Of a stretch of 63,911 nt of DNA, positions 41,511 to 55,260 are shown in pieces. The notes under the pieces are model-generated. The model was given only the letters and a program-made list of their open reading frames with translations. It was not told the DNA's origin and did not search any database. This DNA is from Paraspadella gotoi (Eukaryota; Animalia; Chaetognatha), in the NCBI GenBank assembly GCA_051294375.1, contig CM119268.1, forward strand, positions 12,250,445 to 12,314,355. The letters run 5' to 3'. Position 1 is the stretch's first letter. Each line of letters starts with the position of its first letter. Made by a program: the position numbers and the translations under genes.

Positions 41511-42537
41511 AGGCGTAGTGAAAGTTCATACGAAGATTCTAAAAGTCATTATGAACAACATAACCATCAGTGAACATTAATTTGTAAAAAAAATTAATTT
41601 TATGTTTGTAATTTTCGCAGTAGGCTAATTTATATATAGTACTATCCATAAAATTGAAAATTTTAAAATAGGGCTTTTCTTAATTTTGATTGCAAGATTT
41701 GATTTCCTCGTCAAAAGTTGATAACAAGAAAATATAAATCATTTTTAAAAAATTCCTTTCATTAAGTGGTTACAAAATTTAAAACTATAATTAATATATA
41801 AAAAGTTAATTTTCACTTCAAAAATATAGCTTTTTTCCTAATTTTTGACCCATCTTAATGAAGGAATTTTTTCAACAAAGAGTTAATATTTCAATCCAAA
41901 TCTGCAAAAAAAAATCTTAGAAATTTAATCTTTTGAAATTTTTAACATTTATTGGTTTAGTTACTAGTAATAAATATGGCTACTGCGTAATTGTAAAATT
42001 ATTCTAAATTTTTTGTAGTTACATAAATGTTTCATTAGTATAGTGTTGTTCCCATTCCTCACTTTTAGAAATTTTAATTAAAGTTAAAATTTATATCGCA
42101 CCATAAAAAATGTCAAAATTTTAAATGGTTTTTTTCTTATTTTTAAAGGCAGATTCGAATTCCTCATGAAAAGTTGATAAAAGGAATATAAACTCTTTTA
42201 AGAAAATTATTTTATTAAGTGGATCAAAATCCTAAAAAACTATATTATGTTACTTAGTATAAAAATAATAGATTTTAAATTTTTGGCTAACTTAATGAAA
42301 ACTTTTTTTGATTAAGACTTTTATCAACTTTAATGAGGAATTCGAAGCTGCTTTTCAAAACTAAGAAAACATTTTTTAAATTTTTAACTTTTCTATGGTA
42401 AGTATCTATGTTATAAATATGGGCGTAAGCGAAAATTGAAAAATTTATACGAAATTATTTATATATCAATGTCCTTTAGTCCAAGAACCTGTTTCCATGA
42501 TTAATTTCGAAATTTTGATCTGCACTTTATTACGCCT
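41511..42537. mobile_element. Longer member of the same foldback MITE family, preceded by a related half-element (about 41395-41510)
   Basis: Termini aggcgtagtgaaagtt ... actttattacgcct form an imperfect inverted repeat. Internal subunits (catatttatacatagtact, gcagattcgaattcctcatgaaaagttgataa, gattaagact) are shared with 8375-8830. Confidence 0.7.
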
Positions 42538-42644
42538 TACATACATAATAATATATATATATATATTCTCATTGATTTCGTCAACTTTTTTCTTTTTTTT
42601 TCTTTCTCTCTTTTCTCAACTGCTTCCATGTGTTTCCATTTATG

Positions 42645-42720
<76 letters not shown>

Positions 42721-42940
42721 GAGAGAGAGAAAGAGGGAGAGAGCACAAGGGGTTTGGAGGTAGAACAGAGAGGGATAGGTGGGTAGAGAGAGAGGAAAAA
42801 GAATCGCGGGGGGTCATAAAACCAATTTGTCATCCAATGGCGCAATTTCAAGGCGAATCTAAACCCGACAAATTCCGCATCCATCCGCGACATTACCGTC
42901 GGAGGGAGAACCGAATTTCAATCTCTGCTCTCTCTCTCTC

Positions 42941-43003
<63 letters not shown>

Positions 43004-43602
43004 CCATTTTTTCTCGCCGCTCAATTTTTTCCATCACTCGTTCTCTACCGACACACCCTCTTTCTCCTCTTTTTTTTTTTTGTGCCAAAGGTGGGGGGGT
43101 TTAAAAAAAGATGGTGGTTGACCGAGAAAAAAAGGGCGAGCGGCTCCATATGCTCTTTGGCGTTTTCGCTCCTGGTGTAGATCTTTGGCAGACCCAGGAC
43201 GTCAATTATTTATTATTTAAAGCTGATGCTGCGCTAATTTAGAATTTTTTCGCTTTTGAAGGATCGCGAGAGAGAACTACGACGTGATGCGGTGCCGAGA
43301 ACGCGATTCATTTTTGGATGATTTCCGATGTTGACCCTTGATTAGATGATTTTTCTTTCACTTTACTTTTGTAAATGTCTAAAATCATTGCGGCCATGAT
43401 TGCGAGGAAAGTGTTACCTATTTGTGCGACTGAGAGGCCGAAAGACTGAATGTAGGTATATAGTTTAGGTAATGTTCAACTTTCCTTAAGTAAAATACCG
43501 TCATATCATTTTGCTCCTGAATAATTTAAATAAGAATTCATACAATCAAAATTAAATGATCTTTGCCATTTTTAAATTAAACTATGAATAATCAAGAGAG
43601 AG

Positions 43603-43651
<49 letters not shown>

Positions 43652-43879
43652 GAGATTGAAACGAATATAATGGTTACTGATGATTAAATATTTGGGACTC
43701 CTTCCTTCAGGAAAACGTAAGAAAAGTAGGTAAAGGGACAAATTTACGTTTTCTTTCACTTTCCCACTTTCCTCCTTTCTTCCCATTTTTCCTCATTTCC
43801 TCATTCTCTCACCGTTTTTTTTCCACCCATTTTCTCCCATTCTTTTCATATTTTTTTTTCTGCTTCTTCTTATCCCTAT

Positions 43880-44115
43880 TGAAAGAAAAGCAGGATTTTC
43901 GACTATTTGTAGTTACGGTGCGCGTGACTCTCTCTCTGTGTGTGTGAGTGAGAGAGAGAGAGAGAAAAGAGAAATCAACGAAAGGAGAAAATGAAACCGA
44001 CCTCTTCGCCTTATTAGGAAAACAGAAAAAAAAAGGGCGCAGAAGATAGAAGGAGAGAAAGAGAGAGGGCAAGGCGAGAAGCATGCTGAGAAAGATGAGA
44101 GAGAGAAGAGTAGGG

Positions 44116-44149
<34 letters not shown>

Positions 44150-45306
44150 AGAGAGATAGCCGGGATTGAGCGGGTTGGCATATATTGGCGAGGCCGAGTG
44201 TGACCATTTCAACTGGTCGAGATGAAACTAAAAGAGTTGACGTTACCGAAAAAAAAAAAACGAAGGATAGCAGATGGGTGGGAGGGAGTTGAACATAGGG
44301 GCCCTGAGGCGGGCGGTTGGGGGGCGGTTAAAAGAAGGGGTGGCTCGGGTGGGTGAGTGAGGCACTGGGCAAATGCGGATAAGAAGAAGCAGAAAAAAAA
44401 AAATATGAAAAGAAGTGAGGAGAAAATGGGTTGGAAAAAAAAACGGTGAGAGAATGAGGAAATGAGGAAAAATGGGAAGAAAGAGGAAAGTGCGGGAAAT
44501 GAAAAAAAAAAAACTGAGGAAATGAGAGAAAAAAAAGAAAATGGCCGCTACTTGAGTAATTCGTCGCATTCGAGCGGCAAAAAAAAAAAAGTCTTTATCG
44601 AAACATTCAGGAGGAGAAGGGGGGGTGGGAAGCCATTTCCCTCGCAACGAACGCCTGCGATCGAATCTCTCGTCTCCTCCCGTACAGTAGCTTCGCCTTT
44701 CGAGGATCACTTCTCACGTTTTCCTTTTCTCACGCCCTTCATTTTGTCCACTTCTCAAAACAATTTTGGGTTATTCTTAAGTATTTTACCCTCACACTGG
44801 TCCGGTTGTTCGCGATCAAAATTTCTATTATTTTAGCCTTTTCTCACTTTTCATCAATCTCTTCGGTCACAATCTCTGCTTAAAAACGAAGTCGTGATTT
44901 CATTTAAAAAAAAAAATAAATCGATACCTCATTGCATCAATTTAAGAAATAACTGCAAAATTAATCAGTGCGATTTTATTTCATCAGAGACTTCTCCAGC
45001 ATAAAAACGCAAACCCATCACTTAACTCTATGATAGCCCTCACTCCATCATTCATTTCCTCACTTTATCATCATTGATCTCTTTTGTTCATCAAGGTTCC
45101 GCGAGGCGATTGACTTGGCAGTTTGGCACGAACGGCACGTTTCTCGTCTTTTATTCCCGACACGTCACTCTGATCCCGAAGCGGGTTCGGCAGCGGTTTC
45201 GGAGAGCGCTGATGCCGCAGCCTTTTTTTTCCTTCACTCCATTCACTCCTAAACCTCTTCACCTAATCTATGTTCACCGCCAGAATCTTCACGTGTAGGT
45301 GTCATT

Positions 45307-45349
<43 letters not shown>

Positions 45350-45762
45350 AGAGCAGAAGGAAAAGAAAAGAGAGAGAGGAACGATGAGGAGAGAGAGAAG
45401 AGAGGAGAGAGAGAGATGAGAAGAAGAGAGACGAGAGAGAGAGAGCTCTAAAGGACGCCGAAGAAAAGAGGAGAATTGTCAAGGGGTAGGAGTGGAGGGA
45501 AAGAAAGATGGGTGAAAGAGGGGAAAGCTTGTATCGAATATATACATTATATATACATTGAATGAGTTATTCAATCATAAGAATTAAAATTTAGAAAAAA
45601 GAAAATTAAAAGCATAGTTGAATGGGTAGACAAATAAAACTCGAAATGGAGGGAGAAAAAAGTGAGCTGTGCTAAACAGGAAAGCGAAAGGAGAAAAATA
45701 ATTAATTGAAGGAAGAAGGAAAAGTCAAAAAAGAAAAAAAGAAAGTAAGAAAACAGAAAGAA
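43880..45762 (-). repeat. Copy B (inverted) of 34810-36666
   Basis: 43880-44618 is a same-length (739 bp), apparently identical reverse complement of 35928-36666. 44619-45762 is an indel-rich reverse complement of 34810-35902. Confidence 0.95.
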
Positions 45763-47740
45763 TCTCTCTCTTTTNNNNNNNNNNNNNNNNNNNNNNNNNT
45801 CTTTGATGTAGTAGACGATCTTTCTCTCACAGATGGTTCTTCCCTAAAGTTCGCCTGCCAATCACCCTCTGCTTCCTGACATGATTAACGCTGCTGTAAG
45901 AGCATGGAGCAGAACTTGATCAACATATTATATATGTCAGTTTGGATGCGCAGGCGACTAAAACCATCATAATTCATATTAAGAGCATAATATACATATA
46001 TAAACAGAATATCTCTACGAAATTGGTACAACCAATATAAAATTATCGATTCATTCAATAAATAAGCCATCTTGCCCCTGACTTTGGACAGGCTTTGGTG
46101 GTTTAAGGCCTCCATCACTCTTACAAGATAATGACATAGCAGGTCCCTGCAAGCTTTCAATCAAGACTCTCTCACAGACTCGTTTATTCATTCCCAAAGT
46201 ACCTGGCTTCCCAATTAACGAAGTGGTATAATATTTTAAAGAATATTTTAATTGTATAAAATAAAAACTTTTTTGGAACTTAGATTCATGGTAACTTTTT
46301 TTAAAGTTAAAATTGAAAACAAACCTCAGTCTGATGAGAAGATTAATTTCTTTTCTTTGAGCACGAAATTCAATCTTCCTCCTTTACTATCTCCTCCTTT
46401 GCTCTTTTCTTTTTCTTCGCTCTCTCCCCTACTTTCTCCCCCTTTGCACTTTCTCTGCTTTCTTTCTTCCTCTTTGCTCTCTGCCCGTTTCACTGGCCAT
46501 TTTACCGTCGCTCTATCACTCAATCTTGGCTCTCTCCCTCTTCGCTCACTCCTTCTTCGCTTTATCTCTCACTATATCTTTGCTCTTTTCTCCTATGCTG
46601 ACTCTCTCTCACTCCCTCATTGCTCTCTCCTTCTTCGCTTCATCTCTCACTTTTGTCTTTGCTCTTTCCTCGTCCGCCGTCTCTCTCTCGCTCTAACTTT
46701 GCTCTCTCCCTCATTGCTCTCTCCCCCTTTGCTCTCTCCGTCGCGTCGAAGGCGAGAGGAGGCGACGTCACCTCGCGACGGCGAAGTGCGGAAGATGAAT
46801 GGAAGAGGTTGAAGAAACAGCGGGGGTGACGAGAGTGTTGGGGGTGGTGGTTGGTGTGTTGGGGGAAGGGGTGGAGTTGCGACGGAGAGGTTTGACTTTG
46901 AGGGTTGTGGAAGGGGTCTCTAGGGGGAAGGGGCGATGGAGTGGACGGTGGTTTGGTAAAAGAAAGTAAAACCGGAAATGAAGAAAAATGGGATGAAAGA
47001 GAAATTAGTGAGAGGACTTTGGATTGTCGTTGAGTAAAGGTGTTTTTTTTTAGGAAAACCAGTAAATGCGAAACAAACTGAACGAGCTGTTGCTGTTGTC
47101 GCGGAGATGACGTTCGCTGAGCCAAAGATTAAACGGCGCTCGCAGTTTGATTAAAACGGAAGCCGCGATATTCCGTCCATCGCTTTTCTACTCTCCGCTT
47201 TTCACTCGCAATTTATGGTGAAAAAGTTCGAATTTTCATGAGGAAGAAAAAAAAAATTCAAATCATTTATTTTCTCTCTCGACGAAGCAACTTAATTTTC
47301 TACGCGCATCATTGCTCGAATGGAAAATTTCAAAAGCTTCCCCCCCCGTTTCTTACTCCTTTTTTTTCCCTTCTCTTTCTCTCTCCTTTTTAATTTGCAC
47401 CTTTCGGTTGCTAATGCGATCTTTCTTTCTCCCTGTGAGAAAAGAATGTTGCTTTTTCCAAAAACAAATCCACATAAGGATTAAATACCCGGTGAAAAAA
47501 AAAGGGAGAGAGAGAGAGAGAGAGATAAAGGGTGAAGGAAAAGAGAGGGAGTCAGAGGACAGAAAAAAAAAGATAGAGATAGAGCGCGAGATTCATTTTC
47601 ATTCACTCACATGCAGCTGTTAGCTGCGAGGTCTTTGTTACAAAAGAATCTAATGGGATAATTTTTTTTCTCTCATTTTTTTTTTCAATTTTTTTTTTTC
47701 ATCAGATTTTTTGAAGAAGAAAAACGAGAAACTAAGAAGT

Positions 47741-47995
47741 CGTACGAATTCTTCATTTTTCTTTTTTCCTTTTTTTTTCCTTTTTTCGTACAAATTCTTC
47801 ATTTTTCTTTTTTCCTTTTTTTCATTTTTTTTGTACAAATTCTTCATTTTTCTTTTTCCTCTTTTTCCTTTTTTTTGGTATGAATTCTTCATTTTTCTTT
47901 TTTCTTTTTTTTCCTTTTTTCGTACGAATTCTTCATTATTTTTTCTCCTTTTTTTTTCTTTTTTTCGTACGAATTCTTCATTTTTCTTTTTTTCC
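47741..47995 (+). repeat. About 45-bp T-rich minisatellite, 6 units (duplicate at about 38800-39060)
   Basis: Core cgtacgaattcttcatt and variants at 47741, 47787, 47832, 47877, 47921 and 47966. Confidence 0.85.
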
Positions 47996-50420
47996 ATTTT
48001 TCGTTTTCGTTTTCGTTTTTTTGACACCGTCAAAGTTTCTCGGTCTCCCTGCGCTATTTTCGTCTGCTGTTAAGTTTTTCTTTTTTTCTTTCCGTTTCTG
48101 CTTTTTGATTTTTTTTTTTTTTTTTAGTCGACTGCGACAAAACGGGTTTTTATTGGGAAATGGTTTTGGGTTCCTTTCGACCAATAGATGGCGTCTTGCG
48201 TCTCACTTCCGTTTTCCATTTTGTTATCGGAAAAGAGTTTTATTTCTACAGTAGCCAATTTATTTTTTTTTTTTTTTTTATGAGGTGGACCACTGTTTTA
48301 AATGTTCTTTAGTTTTCAATATAGAAGATATTGATTTCAAGCGGTTTTTGAAGGTCATAATCTTAATTGCAGAGGAAAGATTAAAAGCGAAAGTTGGGGT
48401 CAAAAACAGATCGACCGGCCAAGGATGAATTGGTAAAATACGGCTGGTTCGGATTAATAAGGATTGAGTGAACTCAATAATTGAGGTCATGCGTGGGCCC
48501 CAAGTACTAAAATGAAAAAAAGCTGCGTTGGGCTTCATTTATAATCACATCTCGAAAGACTTATTCTCAATGAGAAAATTCTTAAGACATAAATTTATAA
48601 AAAATATCCATAAGTAGAAAGTTGTAAATGATAATTTAACGTTGCCCGCTTCCTCGATTTAAAAAAAATGATCTATATTTTCAGTCAGTTTTAAGTTCCT
48701 TATTCCTTCATAAGGACGAACGGACTCCTTGTGGCCGGACCGACCCTTGAACACCACTACCACTTACCCTCTTCCACATCCCCAAACGAATCCAAGACGG
48801 CGATTCGGATTTAGCCTCTCACTTCACCTCATTCATAAAAATGTGTTAATGCCCTTGAATTGAAACAAGGAGCAGACTCTCGAGGGAAAAAGGGGCCCAA
48901 CGGGATGGGGGGGGTAAGATAATGAAAGAAGGGGGGAGAGAGGGAGGGTGGGGGAGGGTGAGGGCAAAGAAGATGAGACGTTGGAAGATTGCTGGCGGAA
49001 TGGTTCCATTCGGAGTCGGAGGATAGAAGTGGAATGGCGGAAAACGGTTGCAGGAAAAAGATTCTAACGAGGATTGTGGTTTGTGGAATGAGTGGAAAAG
49101 AGATAACGATTAGAATAGGAGGCTCATAATTTTGAGAAATGTTTTAGAAATGGTCAAAAAATATAGTTGGAGGGAAATTACAAGTGGAAAATTGTTCGGC
49201 AAATATGGATCTAGGAAGTTGAGTAAAAAATTTGTTTAAAATAAAATAAATTACGAATCAGTTAATCAGAAAATAAAAATAAAATAAAATAAAAATCAGT
49301 TGAATAAAAAATAAAAAATAAATTGTTTGCAACCAAAAAAAAAAAGAAAAATTGAGGAAAAAATGAAGAAAGAGGAAAGTTAAAAGGCGGAAGAAAATGA
49401 TTGGAGAACAAAAATGATTTGGGAAAGACTTTGCGAGGAACAGAGATGATGAGAGAATCGATGATGGAAAACTTTTCTCACGAAGAAACTCGTGATTTAA
49501 GGTACGAAAGTTCACAGATGGCGGAAGGGGTGAAGATCGATTTTGAAAGTTAAGGGAGGAAAGAGAAGAGAAAATCGTGTGAGTCGAAAGTAAGAAGTCG
49601 AGCTTCGTTCAATCGCAAATAATTCCCGCTTCGTGATTCGCGAAAACGTAAACATTTTTTTTCGCATTTGCTTCGCTCAAAAATCTCCTAGTAAATCCCG
49701 AAATTTTTTTTCGAGAGTTTCGATGGCAAAATACGTGCGCGCGTAAATTCTCTTCAAAATATACTCTCCTTTTAATTTGTTTGTTGTAGCTTTAGTGGCG
49801 TCGTTGGAGCTGTTATCGCTGGAAATAGCCAAGAAGTTGGCACGTATCGAGGTTCTAAAGAGTGACGGACGAACAGAGCAGACAGGCAGACCGACTGACT
49901 GACTGGTAGACGGATAGACAGATCGAAAGACCAAAAACGTTTCTCGTTTGAGTCACAAGTTGCGAATCAAAAAAAAAAAAAAAGAGCAAAGGCAACCGAC
50001 GAGTCAGTCAACCGAAAAGTAAGTAAAGTCAAGAAAAAAGCGGAAAGCGAAAAAAAAAGGTTCAGCCCATGTATTTTTAAAGTGAATCGGAATCAGCCCC
50101 AACCCAGTTTCTCTCTCTTTTTTCTTCTTCTTTTTTTTGCGGTGAAGTGCATCAGTCTAGACTATTTTTGCGTGTGGCTTCTGTATATTTTATCTGTATA
50201 TTTTACAGATTTCCCGGCTCGTATAAGAATGATTACTTTAAAGGAATTATATTAAGAGTCAGTTTCGACTTCATTTCGAAAATATACTTATACATACAAA
50301 ATATTAAGATCAAATAGAATCAAAATTCGAATAGTAGATCACAAACATTTTTAAATAAAAAAAAATAATTTTTATTTTTCAATTTTCGCATACGCCCATA
50401 TTTATACATAGTACTCACTA

Positions 50421-51439
50421 AGGCGTAGTGAAAGTTACATACGAAGATTCTAAAAGTCAATTATGAACAACATACCATCAGTGAACATTAATTTGTAAAA
50501 AAAATTAATTTTATGTTTGTTAATTTTCGCAGTAGGCTATATTTATATATAGTACTATCCTTATAAAATTGAAAAATTTTAAAATAGGCTTTTCTTAATT
50601 TTGATTGCAGATTTGAATTCCTCGTCAAAAGTTGATAAAAGAAAATATAAATCATTTTTAAAAATTCTTTCATTAAGTGGGTTAAAAATTTAAAAAACTA
50701 TATTAATATATAAAAAGTTAATTTTCAACTTAAAATATAGCTTTTTCTAATTTTTGACCCACTTAATGAAGGAATTTTTCAAAAAGAGTTATATTTCAAA
50801 TCCAAATCTGCAAAAAAATCTTAGAAATTTTAATCTTTTGAAATTTTAACATTTATTGGTTTAGTACTAGTATAAATATGGCCTACTGCGTAAATTGTAA
50901 AATTTATTCTAAATTTTTTTATTACATAAATGTTCATTAGTATAGTGTTGTTCATTCCTCACTTTTAGAATTTTAATTAAAGTTAAATTTAGTACTCACC
51001 ATAAAAAATGTCAAAATTTTAAAATGGTTTTTTTTCTTATTTTTAAAGGCAGATTCGAATTCCTCATGAAAAGTTGATAAAAGGAAATATAACTCTTTTA
51101 AGAAAATTATTTTATTAAGTGGATCAAAATCCTAAAAAACTATTATTATGTTACCTTAGTATAAAAAATATAGATTTTTAAATTTTTGGCTAACTTAATG
51201 AAACTTTTTTGATTAAGACTTTTATCAACTTTTAATGAGGAATTCGAAGCTGCTTTCAAAACTAAGAAAACATTTTTTTAAATTTTTAACATTTTCTATG
51301 GTAAGTACTATGTATAAATATGGGCGTAAGCGAAAATTGAAAAATTTTATACGAAATTATTTTATATATCAATGTTCTTTAGTCCAAGACTGTTCATGAT
51401 TAACTATTCGAATTTTGATCTGCAACTTTCATTACGCCT
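50421..51439. mobile_element. Second assembled copy of the 41511-42537 foldback element (inside the 7-kb duplication)
   Basis: aggcgtagtgaaagtt (50421) matches the reverse complement of aactttcattacgcct (51424-51439) at 15/16. tttttcaattttcgcatacgcccatatttatacatagtact (about 50375-50415, in the upstream half-element) matches the reverse complement of about 51305-51345 at 40/41. Confidence 0.7.
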
Positions 51440-51766
51440 ATACATACATATAATATATATATATATATTCTCATTGATTTCGTCAACTTTTTTCTTTTTT
51501 TTTTCTTTCTCTCTCTTTCTCAAACTGCTCCAGTGTTCCATTTATGATAAGAGAGAGAGAGAGAGAAAGAGGGAGAGAGCACAAGGGCGTTTGGAGGTAG
51601 ACAGAGAGGGATAGGGTGGGTAGAGAGAGAGGGAAAAAGAATCGCGGGGGTCATAAAACCAATTTGTCATCCAATGGCGCAATTCAAGGCGAATCTAAAC
51701 CCCACAAATTCCGCCATCATCCGCGACATTACCGATCGAGGGAGAACCGAATTTCAATCTTGCTCG

Positions 51767-51871
<105 letters not shown>

Positions 51872-52447
51872 CCATTTTTTCTCCCGCTCAATCTTTCCAT
51901 CACTCGTTCTCTTAACGACACACCTCTTTCTCCTCTTTTTCTTTTCTGCCAACGAGTGGGCGCGGTGTTCAAAAAAGATGGTGGTTGACGAGAGAAAAAA
52001 GGGCGAGCGGCTCCATATGCTCTTGGCGTTTTCGCTCCTGGTGTAGAATCTTTGGCAGACGCCAGGACGTCAATTATTTAATATTTAAAGGCTGATGCTG
52101 CTAATTTTAGAATTTTTTCGCTTGAAGGATTCGCGAGAGAGAACTACGACGTGATTGCGTCCGAGAACGCGATCTCATTTTTGGATGATTTTCGATGTTG
52201 ACCCTTGATTAGATTTTTACTTCACTTTACTTTTGTAATAGTCTAAAATCATTCGCCATGATTCGAGAAAGTGTTACCTATTTGTGACTGAGAGCGCGAA
52301 AGACTGAATGTAGGTATAAAGTTTAGGTAATGTTCAACTTTCCTTAAGTAAATACCGTCATATCATTTTCTCCTGAATAATTTAATAAAGAATTCATACA
52401 ATCAAAATTAAATGATCTTTGCCATTTTTAATTAAACTATGAATAAT

Positions 52448-52511
<64 letters not shown>

Positions 52512-52859
52512 GAGATTGAAACGAATATAATGGTTAACTGATGATTAAATATTTGGGACCCTTCCTTCAGGAAAAACGTAAGAAAAGTAGGTAAAAGGGA
52601 CAAATTTACGTTTCTCTTATAAATAAACTAATTCGAAAATGAAGCGGCAGTAAAAGGATTGAGTTGGCCGGGAAGAGATCCGGGGCCGGGTTGATTATAG
52701 AGACGAGGATAATTGAGAAACCATGATTACGGTGAGAGAGTGGATGGAACTGAATTAGAGTGAGAGAGAAGATGGCACCGAATTTCGTTCAACGAAAAAA
52801 AAAACGGAGAAAATGATGAGCCAGGAGTTTTTTCCCGTCATTATCGCGGGGACGAACGA

Positions 52860-52980
52860 GAAAGACGACGACGACGACGACGAAGTGGAGGACGACGGTG
52901 ACGACGACGATGACAACGAGCGCGATGGAAATGTCGACGAGAACGACGAAGAAGACGACGACGACGAAGACGAAGACGAT
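52860..52980 (+). repeat. Degenerate (GAC/GAA)n trinucleotide tract
   Basis: Produces the poly-Asp/Glu ORF on + and the poly-Ser ORF on -. Confidence 0.85.
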
Positions 52981-53132
52981 ACAACCATCCCTTTTAATTT
53001 TCCTCCGTCCCAACGAAGCTTGATTCCTACTTTAAAAAGGGAACTCCGGAGAATACTTTGCGAAATTTTAAACAGAGAGAGGGAGTGGGAGAGAGAGAGA
53101 GAGAGAGAGAAAGAGAAAGAGAGAGAGAGAGT

Positions 53133-53183
<51 letters not shown>

Positions 53184-53944
53184 TGGGATCGGCAGACAAA
53201 ACGAAAAAAAGCCGTCATAAATTTTCTTGTTTTTCGCCTTTTCTTTTTTAAATTTGAGATTCCTTTTTTTTTTCTTCTTTTTTTTCTAGTTTTCGCTTGA
53301 TTAACGCTTTGATTCCACTGATTCCGTAGCCTCCCACGAAATGGTTAATTATCGCCCATGCCAGCTGGATAGAGAGAGATGATGATGATGAGGATGATAT
53401 TAAAGCTAGAAATGCCCTAGCTTAAATATGGCTCTGAGGGCAGTACTTTTTTTTTAAATGTTCAAAGATATTTCCAGCCACACGAGCTGTCTTAGAGCAT
53501 CAATAACGATAGAATTTGCCCGCCGCATTGATAGGCTACATAAGCTTAGGTACTGTATCCAAAACATAGCACATAGTAATTTCTAAATGCAACAGGTTAA
53601 TCATAACAGTGACATAATTGATTTATCACAAGTGTGACATCACGACGCGAAAAAGAGGAAGAGTTTCTATGACACGACGTGAGTTGAAGTGATGACGACT
53701 GTTAAGACGTTTTCAAGGTTTGAACTTGGATGACATTGGAATTTCTCCGGCAACGGCGAATTTTCTGTGGTATGACATGTTAGTGAAGTGTTATGGCATG
53801 CTATTTTCATCTCGCCTTCTTTCGATTGGGGTCTCGGCCAATTCTCGGAATACATTGATTACTATTAGTTATATCTTCGTATGTGTTAATTTTCTCCTGA
53901 ACGATATTTACCGTTCTGTCCATATTCTGTCTGTCTATTCTGTC

Positions 53945-54328
53945 TGTGTAACGCAAACATTTTTAAGTGCTGACGACTGACACTGGAGCTCCTAGAAGAT
54001 TCAGCTCCACACTTACCGATAGATGTCGATGTAGCCTGTTGAAGACCACGAGGTTCGACTTATGAGCTGGGAGTTTAAGTCTCCATTTGCGGCACCATCT
54101 CTCCAGCACTTTGATCAGTGGCTCCATCCTAGGTTTCCTTTCCAGTGGGTCATTTGCCATCGTCCAGGCTGCCTGGTCGTCTGCGAACTGTGCCGGGTCG
54201 ATTGCGCATGCTTTCTCAAAGACATCATCGGTGTGGACGTTGGAAAGGTCCGGGCTAATGATGCCCCCTAGTGGCGTTTCTGTGTTGATAGTTGATACTG
54301 AATGCTTTGGAGAATTCTTTCCCTTCAT
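53945..54328 (-). mobile_element. Degenerate non-LTR retrotransposon (LINE, jockey/I-like) reverse transcriptase fragment
   Basis: ORF 53963..54328(-) has RT motifs in the expected order: TPLGGIISPDLSNVHTDD (cf. GxPQGxxLSPxLFNxYxxD), QFADDQ (catalytic F/YADD) and LERWCRKWRLKLPAHKSNLVVF (cf. W..KW.L..N..KT..V.F). After the stop, a frameshifted remnant resembles the KFLGV motif. Substitutions in conserved positions and the stop indicate a dead, truncated copy. Confidence 0.9.
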
Positions 54329-54378
54329 ACATTCTGATTGCTATGTCTGTTATAAATCCGCTAATAATTCTTAAAAGT

Positions 54379-54379
<1 letters not shown>

Positions 54380-54473
<94 letters not shown>
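54380..54473 (+). repeat. (AG)n microsatellite
   Basis: Perfect AG run next to the RT fragment. Confidence 0.99.
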
Positions 54474-54476
<3 letters not shown>

Positions 54477-55206
54477 TTGATCTTTTCTTCAATGAGAAAA
54501 GCGAGCCGAAAAAGAAAATGAATATTTTATTAACTGTTTTTTCATCAAAACTGATTCGTTTTATCATTTTTCACGTCATTAATTATTTTCATTGTTTTTA
54601 TTTTTCTTTTTCACAGCGCCGTTCACACGAGGCCTTTCATCTCACGCGATTCGAAGTGAGGGAGGTCGTTTACCCGCGCGTCGTGATGTCGATGGTTCTT
54701 CGCGGGCTCGTGATTCGCGAGGTTTCGGTTTCGCAGAATTGACAAGAATTTAAAAGTTTGATGCAGCAATTGGAAACGACATTGATTTACAAAAGAAAAT
54801 AAGAGTAGCACAATATGACAGTGGAAGACAACTCTTAATATAAAATTCACGCTTTCCACACGTAAATACAAATGGTTGGCTACAAAACAGAATATGGTCA
54901 ATGAGATTACTGATCAGTATCATGTGTTAATAAGATCAGACCCCTGCCAAGTTATGACCTCTTAGTAATTCTCAACACGGCTGCGGCAGTAGCGTTGTAA
55001 CGATGCGAAAATACACGTAGGAATAATAATAAAGGCAGTAAGGCAGTACCCAACGACGACAACGACGACGAAGCGACGCCCTAAAGTCTCTGGATTCCCT
55101 CGATTCCACGCGGCTTCATTTCGACGGCGTCGCGCGCTCAACAATTGCCTACGATGAGGGTATAACCATTACTGGGATTGGCTTTTGAACGGGGATGAGT
55201 CTTGTA

Positions 55207-55260
<54 letters not shown>

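Noticed and set aside
52813-53220. Acidic 135-aa ORF
   Set aside because: Made of a GAC/GAA trinucleotide tract running into an AG microsatellite, with no domain or splice support.
54617-54753. Possible exon after acceptor ttttctttttcacag, with an RNP1-like SRGFGFAEL in one frame
   Set aside because: The motif is imperfect, no RNP2 or RRM pattern precedes it, and a stop follows three codons later. Likely chance.
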